Assembly: GCA_964421875.1 (NCBI GenBank)
Contig: CAYQZD010000002.1
Location: forward strand, 8,747 to 72,746
Direction: 5' to 3'
DNA from: an uncultured bacterium
GTDB lineage: Bacteria; Electryoneota; Tariuqbacteria; Tariuqbacterales; Tariuqbacteraceae
Length of the DNA stretch: 64,000 bases
Shown one piece after another: positions 1 to 9,551 of the stretch. Within the stretch, counting starts at the first letter, position 1, and every line of letters starts with the position of its first letter. Under the pieces are notes generated by a model, which saw only the letters and a program-made list of their open reading frames with translations, was not told the DNA's origin and did no database searches. Made by a program: the position numbers and the translations under genes.

Positions 1-2
1 AC

Positions 3-791
3 AGTGTTACCATCTGCACTAACGGCTGGGTCTCCTTCGTATCGACCTGGATGGCTGATTTTCGGAATTGGGATTTGCCTTCTCCGCTGGGTCCGCCCAC
101 GCTTATCGCCGCTTTCTGGGACGATTTAAAGGACATATACGATGACACTCTGGACATGTTTTACTGGTATGACAGCCCCGGACATCGTTTCATTGTGGAG
201 TGGAGCCGGGTGCAGAACCGTTTCACAGGTGTAGCTAATCGGGAGGAGACTTTTGAGTTGATTCTGTACGATCCTCAATACCGTTCAGGTCCTACCGGAG
301 ACGGGGATATCCTTATCCAGTTCAAAGTGGTCAACGATATCGATGAAGATAACAACTACTGCACCGTCGGCGTGGAGGATTATGAACATATGCGGGGATT
401 GGAATATGTTTACGGTTTGATATATCCGCCCACATCCGCCACTCTGCGCAATGAGATGGCGATATTAATCACCACCACACCGCCGGATAATTATTTAGGG
501 GTGGAAGAGCAGCCGGGGACTGCTGTTTATCGTTTTTCCCTGTCTCAGAACTATCCCAATCCCTTCAACGCCTCGACAGTCGCGAGCTTCGAGCTGCGGG
601 ATGCGAGTGATGTCAAGCTGATAGTGTATGATATCAGCGGGCGAGAGATTGCCCGGCTGGTGGACGGCTGGCTTCCCGCCGGGGCGCATCAGGCGGTATG
701 GGACGCGTCTGGAGCGGCGTCAGGGGTGTATTTCGCGCGGCTCAGCGCCGGGGATGCGCATCTGACAGAAAAACTTCTGTTAATTAAGTGA
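3..791 (+). CDS. Secreted protein carrying a T9SS (Por) C-terminal sorting domain; 5'-partial, the reading frame is open to the window edge
   Basis: No stop in frame from position 3. The C-terminal ~80 aa (YPNPFNASTVASFELRDASDVKLIVYDISGREIA...GVYFARLSAGD...LLLIK) matches the T9SS CTD pattern. Gene 788..2248 (also T9SS cargo) follows with an ATGA overlap. Confidence 0.7.
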   Translation, partial: SVTICTNGWVSFVSTWMADFRNWDLPSPLGPPTLIAAFWDDLKDIYDDTLDMFYWYDSPGHRFIVEWSRVQNRFTGVANREETFELILYDPQYRSGPTGDGDILIQFKVVNDIDEDNNYCTVGVEDYEHMRGLEYVYGLIYPPTSATLRNEMAILITTTPPDNYLGVEEQPGTAVYRFSLSQNYPNPFNASTVASFELRDASDVKLIVYDISGREIARLVDGWLPAGAHQAVWDASGAASGVYFARLSAGDAHLTEKLLLIK

Positions 792-2248
792 TGAGAAAAC
801 CGGTCATACTTATAGCAATCGTGTTTTTATCATTGTCCGCCTTTGGTCAGTACGGGCGGTGGGCGGAGCCGGTTAATATCTCCAATTCGCCGGGAGGCTC
901 TTACGATCCGGACATGGCGATTGGACCCGACGGGAAAATTCATGTGGTTTATGAAGATTGGACGCGGCTTAATAATTTCAATTACCGGGATATAATGTAT
1001 GTCGTTTTCGACAGTTACGAATGGCGGGAGCCGGTGCAGATTTCGGAATACGACACTACCTATGCGGCTGACCCACGAATAGCGGTCGATTCTCAAGGCA
1101 AGCCTCATGTGGTATGGTATGACCGTTTCTTATTTTACGATTCCGATATTTTATACGCCACCTTGACCGATTCCGGCTGGACGGAACCGCTCAGTCTAAC
1201 GGAGTTCAGCCCAGCATCTTTGGTGCCTGATATTGTTATCGACAGCCGCGACTATGTGCATATTGTCTGGGATGATTATTATTACGGCCGCGCGCAAATA
1301 TTCCACATATATTTTAACGGCAACAGTTGGTCTAATTTCGTTAATGTTTCCAATGACCCTATCGATTGTTGTTTTCCTCGAATAACGGTTGATTCAAATG
1401 ACAGCCTGCATATTGTTTGGCGGCAGATGACCGGCGGCGGATACGACAGTGAGATATTTTACTCAATGTATAACGGCGTTTCCTGGCGGCCGGGGATAAA
1501 TATTTCCTTTAGCGGGACATTGCAATCGCTCAGCCCTCAGGTTGAGGTCGACCGCTATAACAATCCTCATGTGATTTGGACCCAATCGCAATACAGCGGA
1601 TTCAAAGAGATAATCTATACATATTTCAACGGAGAATATTGGTCTCAACCGGACAGTCTTACCAATTTGGGAGTAAATTCAACTTATCCGAGTTTCGCAA
1701 TCTCCCGCGAAAGTATAAGATGCTTTATATTCAGCGCGCGGAGGCAGAGTTATAGTCCCTATATTTGTTATTCATTCAGGAGGGATTTGAGTTGGACCTG
1801 GCCTTTACCGATTTTCTATGATTATTTAGGCACTAAATCCGCAATCGCTATTGATACTTATGATGTCATTCATACTTGTTTATTACTATCTGATAACGAT
1901 TACGGAGAAATAATGTACACATATTATATACCTGATAATTCAATTAGCAGTCAAGCAGATGGACGCCCATCCTACTGTATTTATTTGAATAATCATCCCA
2001 ACCCATTTAATCAATCGACATCGATAAATTTCAACGTAAATATTGATTCACCAGTGAATCTTTCAGTTTATAATATCAGAGGGGAATTGGTAAAGGCTTT
2101 AAAAGAAGGAATCTTGTCAAGAGGAGATTATTCTGTAATCTGGGAGGGCGATAATTCATTGGGAACAGAGGTGGGTGGCGGGATTTATTTTGTTAGGCTA
2201 CAGGTAGATGGGGAATCGTATTTTAAGAAGTTGATTCTCCTGAAGTAA
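788..2248 (+). CDS. Secreted repeat protein (about five ~45-aa repeats with a P.HVVW/HIVW/HVIW core, possibly propeller-like) with a T9SS C-terminal sorting domain
   Basis: N-terminal signal peptide MMRKPVILIAIVFLSLSAFGQ. Repeated motifs DGKIHVVYEDW, QGKPHVVWYD, DYVHIVWDD, DSLHIVWRQ, NNPHVIWTQ. C-terminal NHPNPFNQSTSINF...VYNIRGELV...GIYFVRL...KKLILLK matches the T9SS CTD. Confidence 0.7.
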   Translation: MMRKPVILIAIVFLSLSAFGQYGRWAEPVNISNSPGGSYDPDMAIGPDGKIHVVYEDWTRLNNFNYRDIMYVVFDSYEWREPVQISEYDTTYAADPRIAVDSQGKPHVVWYDRFLFYDSDILYATLTDSGWTEPLSLTEFSPASLVPDIVIDSRDYVHIVWDDYYYGRAQIFHIYFNGNSWSNFVNVSNDPIDCCFPRITVDSNDSLHIVWRQMTGGGYDSEIFYSMYNGVSWRPGINISFSGTLQSLSPQVEVDRYNNPHVIWTQSQYSGFKEIIYTYFNGEYWSQPDSLTNLGVNSTYPSFAISRESIRCFIFSARRQSYSPYICYSFRRDLSWTWPLPIFYDYLGTKSAIAIDTYDVIHTCLLLSDNDYGEIMYTYYIPDNSISSQADGRPSYCIYLNNHPNPFNQSTSINFNVNIDSPVNLSVYNIRGELVKALKEGILSRGDYSVIWEGDNSLGTEVGGGIYFVRLQVDGESYFKKLILLK

Positions 2249-2286
2249 ATAATTATAATATAGAGATGTGCTAAAAGCTTTGATAA

Positions 2287-2487
2287 TTGCTTATGCACCA
2301 ACTCCACATCAAACTAACAATCTACGACATCGCCGGGCGGGAAGTGTATATCCTCGCTGAAGGCTTCTATCCCGCGGGAGCGCATCAAGCGGTGTGGGAT
2401 GCTTCGGGGGCGGCGTCAGGGGTGTATTTCGCGCGGCTCAGCGCCGGGGATTTTACACAAACACTGAAGCTGATACTGATGAAGTAA
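2287..2487 (+). pseudogene. Orphan T9SS C-terminal sorting-domain fragment (66 codons), a near-duplicate of the 3' end of gene 3..791
   Basis: YDIAGREVY...AGAHQAVWDASGAASGVYFARLSAGD is near-identical to residues in 3..791. About 80 nt at ~2370-2455 is near-identical to ~661-740. No signal peptide or cargo domain; a 40-nt gap separates it from the upstream stop. Confidence 0.55.
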
Positions 2488-2619
2488 TGTTCTTCAGATA
2501 TTATTGGTTTCTTTGAAATATTCATTATTGATTATGGCGTTTTAAGTTATGATACCTTTAACTGTTTATGCCTCCATACTTTTATTATGAGGCTGTGATT
2601 AATTTTAAGGAGAATTGTT

Positions 2620-4125
2620 ATGGTCAATGTTGCAGAGTTGCTGGAGAATAATCGGCAGGAAAATGGTAGCAAGGAAGCGTTGGTATGGGGGAATTCACGC
2701 GTGAGCTATGATGAATTGTTTGATGCTGTGCTCAGGCTGGGCGCAGGATTGAAACAGCGAGGTATAGAGAAGGGCGACAGAGTGTTGCTGATGCTGCCTA
2801 ATATTCCTCATTTTCCCATCGCATATTATGCGATTCTTTCCATAGGCGCCGTTGTGGTGCCGGCCAATATAATGTTCAAAGAGCGCGAGATCGCTTATCA
2901 GGTAGAAGATTCCGAGGCGATAGCCGCCGTGGGCTGGGAAGGATTCGCGGAGGATTTGAAACGTGCTCAGGAACTGACGGAATCTCTGAAGCATCTGATT
3001 GTGCTGGGCGACCGGATACCCCCGGAGGCGGATTCACTCACCAGAATGATAGGTGAGAATAAACCGCTTGACGGTTTCGAGAAACTTGATTCTCAAGATT
3101 CCGCGGTGATATTATATACTGCGGGTGTGACCGGTCATCCCAAGGGCGCGGAATTGTCCCATGGGGCGATGATGCACGGGATGAGGGTTCTGTCGGAGAC
3201 TTTGCGTTTCACCGACCGGGAGCGGATTATGGCCGTAGTGCCTTTCTTCCACTCTTTCGGCGGCGGTGTGGTAATGAATGCGGGTCTTTTCGGTGGAGCT
3301 ACTCTGGTGCTTTCTCCCAAGTTCAATCCCCAGGAAGCTCTGGAGATGATTGCAGGAGAAAAGGTGACCGTCTTCGCCGGTGTGCCCACGATGTTTCAAT
3401 ATCTTTTCAACCGTGACAATACCTCGGAATACGACCTGTCAAGTTTGAAGTATTGTCTTTCCGGGGGGAGCGCCCTTTCGGAGGAATTACTGAAAAGGTT
3501 CGAAGAGAAGTTCAACACCTATGTTCTCGAAGGCTACGGGTTATCCGAGACCTGCGCCGCAGCCTGTTTTAACAACTTTAAGCGAGAGCGTAAACCCGGC
3601 TCGATAGGTTACCCTTTGGACGGGGTGGAGATGCGGATTCTCGACGACGATGACAAGGAAGTTGCCATTGGCGAAATCGGCGAGATTGCCATCAAGAGCC
3701 CTACTCTGATGGCGGGATATAGAAACCGTCCCCAGGCTACTGCTGAAGCAATACGCGACGGCTGGTTCCGCACCGGCGATATTGGGCGGATGGATATGGA
3801 CGGTTACTTCTACATCGTGGACCGTAAGACCGATATGATTCTAAAGGGTGGTTTTAAAGTTTTCCCCCGCGAGATTGAAGAAGTTATAGCGGCGCATCCC
3901 CAGGTTCAGGAAGTGGCGGTTATCGCCATCAGCGACTCCATAATGGGCGAGGAAATCAAGGCTTGCGTGGTTCCCAGGGAGGGTGAGCGGATTAATCCCA
4001 AAGCTTTGATCGATTATTGCCGGGGCAGGATGGCGAATTATAAGTGCCCCGCGGTGCTGAAATTCTACCGGGAACTTCCCAAGGGCCCCACCGGACGCAT
4101 CTTGAAGAAGGAACTCAGAAGATAG
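2620..4125 (+). CDS. AMP-dependent acyl-CoA synthetase / fatty-acid--CoA ligase (ANL superfamily)
   Basis: AMP-binding motif YTAGVTGHPKGAELSH, 501 aa. The C-terminal ...GRILKKELR lysine region is typical of adenylate-forming enzymes. Confidence 0.85.
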   Translation: MVNVAELLENNRQENGSKEALVWGNSRVSYDELFDAVLRLGAGLKQRGIEKGDRVLLMLPNIPHFPIAYYAILSIGAVVVPANIMFKEREIAYQVEDSEAIAAVGWEGFAEDLKRAQELTESLKHLIVLGDRIPPEADSLTRMIGENKPLDGFEKLDSQDSAVILYTAGVTGHPKGAELSHGAMMHGMRVLSETLRFTDRERIMAVVPFFHSFGGGVVMNAGLFGGATLVLSPKFNPQEALEMIAGEKVTVFAGVPTMFQYLFNRDNTSEYDLSSLKYCLSGGSALSEELLKRFEEKFNTYVLEGYGLSETCAAACFNNFKRERKPGSIGYPLDGVEMRILDDDDKEVAIGEIGEIAIKSPTLMAGYRNRPQATAEAIRDGWFRTGDIGRMDMDGYFYIVDRKTDMILKGGFKVFPREIEEVIAAHPQVQEVAVIAISDSIMGEEIKACVVPREGERINPKALIDYCRGRMANYKCPAVLKFYRELPKGPTGRILKKELRR

Positions 4126-4183
4126 CCTCGAGGCAGATTAATTTTGGAGGAGCTTAGTTCGGCGGAATAATCCGAATGCGCAT

Positions 4184-5308
4184 ATGATTTTCACCGAATT
4201 AGCGTTGGGATCCTTAACGCTGCCCAATCGGCTGGCTCGTTCCGCCACCGCTGAAAGAGGGGCGGATGAAAAGGGCAGAGTATCGAAGAGTATGGCGCAG
4301 ATGTATGAGTCCCTGGCTCGCGGCGGAGTGGGATTGATAATGACGGGGCACGCTTATGTCAGGGCGGACGGAAAAACCAATCCTGCGCAGACCGGGATTC
4401 ATACCGACCGGACCATTCCCGGTTTGGCGATGACGGTTAGGGCGGTTCACCGCAATTCCGACGCTAAGATTTTCCTGCAGATGAGCCACGCCGGCCGCGC
4501 CGCCTCGGAGAAACTGATTGGCTCCAAGCCCGTCGCGCCCAGTGCGGTTCCGGTGCGGATGTCAGGGGAGCAGCCTCGGGAAATGTCGGGTGACGAAGTG
4601 TCGGAGCTGATCGAGTTATACGCGATTGCGGCTTTGCGCGCCCGGGAAGCCGGGTTCGACGGCGTCCAACTCCACTGCGCTCACGGCTATTTAATTTCGC
4701 AGTTTCTCTCCCCCTATACCAACAAGCGGGAGGATGAATGGGGCGGTTCGCCACAGAACCGTCGGAGATTCCTCCTGCTGATTACGGAGGAAATTACGCG
4801 GCAGGCGCCGGATTTACCCTTGACGGTTAAAATCAACTGCGACGATTTACTGCCGGGCGGAATTACTCTTGAAGAGTTCACCGAAACCTGCAGGTTGCTG
4901 GAGGGGGCGGGAGTAATAGCTTTCGAGGTTTCCGGCGGCATACCTGAAACCGCGGGCAGGATAATCAAAAAAGGGGTCGATTCTCCGGAGAAGGAAGGAT
5001 ATTTCCTTTACGGCGCCAAAGCCCTGAAAGAGGCTGGGATATTATCCACCATTCTCACTGTGGGAGGTTTTCGCACTCTTCCGGTATGCCGGGGAGCCGT
5101 TTCCCGCGGCGATACGGACATAGTTTCGCTTTGCAGACCCTTGATAACGGAACCGGATCTTCCCCTGAAATGGCGCAGAGGGGAGGCGTCGGGGAGCCGT
5201 TGTATTTCCTGCAACCGCTGTTTGAGGCTGCGCCGGGGGATGACGCACTGCGTTTACTGGGAAGAACAGACGGATAAAGACGGTGGCGGAGGTAATAGTA
5301 TAATTTAG
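4184..5308 (+). CDS. Old-yellow-enzyme family NADH:flavin oxidoreductase (2,4-dienoyl-CoA reductase-like FMN/Fe-S domain)
   Basis: HCAHGYLISQFLSPYTNKREDEWGGSPQNRRRF catalytic region. C-terminal CISCNRC...C four-Cys motif as in FadH-type enzymes. Sits next to the acyl-CoA ligase. Confidence 0.7.
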   Translation: MIFTELALGSLTLPNRLARSATAERGADEKGRVSKSMAQMYESLARGGVGLIMTGHAYVRADGKTNPAQTGIHTDRTIPGLAMTVRAVHRNSDAKIFLQMSHAGRAASEKLIGSKPVAPSAVPVRMSGEQPREMSGDEVSELIELYAIAALRAREAGFDGVQLHCAHGYLISQFLSPYTNKREDEWGGSPQNRRRFLLLITEEITRQAPDLPLTVKINCDDLLPGGITLEEFTETCRLLEGAGVIAFEVSGGIPETAGRIIKKGVDSPEKEGYFLYGAKALKEAGILSTILTVGGFRTLPVCRGAVSRGDTDIVSLCRPLITEPDLPLKWRRGEASGSRCISCNRCLRLRRGMTHCVYWEEQTDKDGGGGNSII

Positions 5309-5361
5309 TACATATAATTGTGTTATGTAATGGAAGAAGAATTGAAGAGACGAGTTAACAA

Positions 5362-6390
5362 ATGAATATAGGCATATTGACAGGGGGGGGCGATTGCCCC
5401 GGATTGAATGCGGTTATCCGCGCTGTGGTCCGGCGCTCTCGGATAACCTATAATTGGGATGTCATCGGTATCAGAAACGGATGGAAGGGATTGATAGAGG
5501 GGGAAGTGGTTCCTTTGACGATGTATGCCGTTTCCGGTATCCTGCATCGGGGCGGCACTATTTTGGGCACTTCCAGGAAGAATCCCACCAAGTCAGCGGA
5601 AGACATTGAAAAGGTTCGGGACAATATGAACCGATACGGCATAGACTCTCTGCTGGTGGTTGGAGGGGATGACACCCTTTCCGCCGGGCTTGATTTTCAC
5701 CGGCAGGGCATACCAGTGGTGGGTGTGCCCAAGACTATCGACAACGATATCGAAGGGACGGATTTTACCTTTGGATTCAACACTGCGGTCACCATAGTCA
5801 CCGAAGCCATCGACCGTCTGCACACCACTGCGGAATCGCATCACCGGATTATGGTGGTAGAGGTTATGGGTCGGCACAGCGGTTGGATTGCGGTAATGTC
5901 GGGTATCGCCGGCGGCGCCGATATGATTATTATCCCCGAAGTCCCCTATGACATCCAAGGCGTCTGCGACAAACTGAAAAAACGGCACGAAGTGAAGCGG
6001 TTCTCCATCGTGGTGGTGGCGGAGGGCGCTAAGCCGGTTAACGGCGAAAACCTAATTACTCAGGACCAGGAACTGGACGAATTTGGCAACGTCCGGCTGG
6101 GCGGGTTGGGACATATCGTCGCCAATGAGATAGAAAAAATCATCGGTATAGAAACCCGGGTCACCATCCTAGGGCATATTCAACGGGGCGGGAGCCCTAC
6201 CGCCTATGACCGGATTTTAGCTACTCGCTTCGGAGTCGCCGCCGTCGATGCGTTGAAACGGAAGGAATATGGTAAGATGGTGGCGCTGCGGTCGGAAAAG
6301 ATTATCACTGTCCCGTTGGAAGACGCGGTTTTGGAGAATAAGAAGGTGGATATGGAGCTTTACGATATCGCCGAGATATTTTTTGGCTGA
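5362..6390 (+). CDS. pfk: 6-phosphofructokinase, probably pyrophosphate-dependent
   Basis: MNIGILTGGGDCPGLNAVIRAVV N-terminus. GGDDT in place of the ATP-PFK GGDGS, and PKTIDNDI in place of PGTIDNDI; Asp and Lys at these positions are characteristic of PPi-PFKs. Confidence 0.85.
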   Translation: MNIGILTGGGDCPGLNAVIRAVVRRSRITYNWDVIGIRNGWKGLIEGEVVPLTMYAVSGILHRGGTILGTSRKNPTKSAEDIEKVRDNMNRYGIDSLLVVGGDDTLSAGLDFHRQGIPVVGVPKTIDNDIEGTDFTFGFNTAVTIVTEAIDRLHTTAESHHRIMVVEVMGRHSGWIAVMSGIAGGADMIIIPEVPYDIQGVCDKLKKRHEVKRFSIVVVAEGAKPVNGENLITQDQELDEFGNVRLGGLGHIVANEIEKIIGIETRVTILGHIQRGGSPTAYDRILATRFGVAAVDALKRKEYGKMVALRSEKIITVPLEDAVLENKKVDMELYDIAEIFFG

Positions 6391-6408
6391 TGGTTATTAA
6401 TAGGATTT

Positions 6409-6804
6409 TTGCAGGTTATAATGTCGAGAAGGCATCACGATTGGATGGCGCAGGCCGAGGCTGATTTTAAGCACGCCGTTAATTCCAAGGAATGGGGCGA
6501 TTACGAATGGGCTTGCTTTGCGTCTCAGCAGGCGGCGGAAAAAGCGATAAAAGCCTTGATTGAGAGCAGAAATGGGAAAGCGATTGGTCACTCATTGAAA
6601 AAGTTACTCCAGCTTATTAATGTTGACGATAAGAATCTTATCGAAGCAGCTATAAGACTGGATAAACATTACATTCCCGCCCGATATCCTAATAGTTTCG
6701 ATTCCGGCGCTCCCAGTGATTATTATACTATCAAAGATGCTGAACAAGCGGTAATAGATGCGGAATCGATAATAAGGTATTGCCAAGACAATTTAGCAGG
6801 TTAA
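6409..6804 (+). CDS. HEPN-domain protein (putative toxin of a HEPN/MNT pair)
   Basis: ...QQAAEKAIKALI...RLDKHYIPARYP matches the HEPN domain pattern with an R-x(3-6)-H-like motif. Its stop overlaps the start of the nucleotidyltransferase gene. Confidence 0.7.
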   Translation: MQVIMSRRHHDWMAQAEADFKHAVNSKEWGDYEWACFASQQAAEKAIKALIESRNGKAIGHSLKKLLQLINVDDKNLIEAAIRLDKHYIPARYPNSFDSGAPSDYYTIKDAEQAVIDAESIIRYCQDNLAG

Positions 6805-7140
6805 ATGTCTTCGGAAACATATATTGAGTATCTTCGTAAAGAAGATGTAATCCCCATTGTTAAAGACGCCGCCGAGAAGATAAAAAAACTGCCTAATGTC
6901 TTGCGCATCGGATATTTTGGCTCCTTTGTCCGCAACGACCAGATTCCCGGTTCGGACATCGACATCTTCATCGAATTGGCGGATGATGACCGCAGATGGT
7001 TCGACCGGGCGGGGGATTTCATAGAATATTTTGATAAAGTCCCCTGCGTGGTGGAAATCTTCGCTTTTACCCGGCAGGAGATGTCGAATAAGGATAATAA
7101 GTTCTATCAAGAGGTTTTGCAGGAATTGGTTGAATTGTAA
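6805..7140 (+). CDS. Minimal nucleotidyltransferase (MNT) domain protein (putative antitoxin partner)
   Basis: GYFGSFVRNDQIPGSDIDIFIEL is the GS-x(n)-D-x-D Pol-beta-type NTase motif. 111 aa, directly follows the HEPN gene. Confidence 0.75.
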   Translation: MSSETYIEYLRKEDVIPIVKDAAEKIKKLPNVLRIGYFGSFVRNDQIPGSDIDIFIELADDDRRWFDRAGDFIEYFDKVPCVVEIFAFTRQEMSNKDNKFYQEVLQELVEL

Positions 7141-7237
7141 TGGTATAGCTTAGGATGGTAATTATATCCCGGAAAACTGTTTTAAAGTAGAGTACATACT
7201 AATTTGGACAATATGAAAACGTGGTGTGGCGATAATA

Positions 7238-8336
<1,099 letters not shown>

Positions 8337-8399
8337 TAATAATGTTTATATTCCAAGCGCCCGTTAAAATTTTCAAAGATATTCACAGGAGGAGGCGCC

Positions 8400-9413
8400 A
8401 TGCCAATCCTTTTTAAGGGCAAGGCAGGGGATTTGAAAATGTCCCCCAGCGAATTCAGCGGCGAGGATGAGTTAAAGGGAATTCTGACCCAGAATCCGGA
8501 ATTGCTGCTCGCCGACGGCGAGCCTCCGGCTGCCGTAGCGGGGGAGGGGGTCAATTTATCCAGCGCCGGCGAAACGGATTTACTGCTGGTGGATTCCGAG
8601 GGATTCCCGATGACGGTGGATGTATTGGTGAGGGGGAGCGATTTCAGCGCGTTTATCGCCTGCGCCCTTGATAACGCCTCGTCTATATCACGCTTCAACG
8701 CTAAAGAACTCGACCGAAAGCTGGAAGGGAAACTGGGAGGGGCGTTGGAGTCTTTTTATAGCAGTCTTAATGATTACTTCGCGGTGGAGCGGCGGTGGGA
8801 AGCCTGTGAGGCGTATCTTTCCCAAGGAAAAATCCGAATTATACTCGCCGTGGATGAGGTTTCCCCGGATATGATTCGCCTGGCGAAGTTTATCGGTTCC
8901 AACGCCAATTTCTTTGTCAGGTTAGTGGCAATTAGGAAGTATGAGCTTAAGCGCGGGGAAAACCTTTTGATACCGGAGATGGTGGTTCGCGGAGGGAGTG
9001 TTTCCGACTGCCCCAGGGTGAGGTTTTTGGCGGCGGCGGACGCTTATTCGATTGTCGCTTCCGGGGGATTCAAGCTGTCGGGCCAGGGTTTCGACCGGCG
9101 TGAGATTCACCCTAACGGCTGGGGGAGCGCCGTTTATTATGGATTGCGGGACAGCGGGGCGGAGGATATCAGCGTAGGGGTTTATGTGACGGAGGAGGTC
9201 AGCGGTCTTAATGAAGAACTTAGCGCGTTGGAAGGGGACATAGCCGGAGCGGTGAAATGGGGTATAACGCGCTGGAGTAACGAGGGAGAAGATGAAACCG
9301 GCAGGCTGGAAATCGCCTTCAACCAATCAACCTCTTCTATGGGAGTGGCTAAGGCTTTAAAAATATTGGTCGATATGACCAAGGAGAAGATTTCTGCGGC
9401 TTTGGGGATTTGA
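8400..9413 (+). CDS. Hypothetical protein (337 aa) inserted between gap and pgk; the N-terminal region resembles a degenerate PD-(D/E)xK / NucS-like fold
   Basis: No recognisable catalytic motif. N-terminal E..ELK.ILTQNPELL...GE.DLLLVDSEGFPMTVDVLV pattern. Co-directional and tightly packed within the gap-pgk-tpiA-secG block. Confidence 0.4.
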   Translation: MPILFKGKAGDLKMSPSEFSGEDELKGILTQNPELLLADGEPPAAVAGEGVNLSSAGETDLLLVDSEGFPMTVDVLVRGSDFSAFIACALDNASSISRFNAKELDRKLEGKLGGALESFYSSLNDYFAVERRWEACEAYLSQGKIRIILAVDEVSPDMIRLAKFIGSNANFFVRLVAIRKYELKRGENLLIPEMVVRGGSVSDCPRVRFLAAADAYSIVASGGFKLSGQGFDRREIHPNGWGSAVYYGLRDSGAEDISVGVYVTEEVSGLNEELSALEGDIAGAVKWGITRWSNEGEDETGRLEIAFNQSTSSMGVAKALKILVDMTKEKISAALGI

Positions 9414-9551
9414 AGCAGTTTATAGTTGGAGGCAGCGGTTGGTAGTAGGAAAGTTGTGGTGTGGGTTTTAACTCACCGACATGATGTCAGTGTTAAAGAG
9501 TACCATATTAGATATTTGTTCTAATTATATCCCATCGAAAAGGGGGATTTT

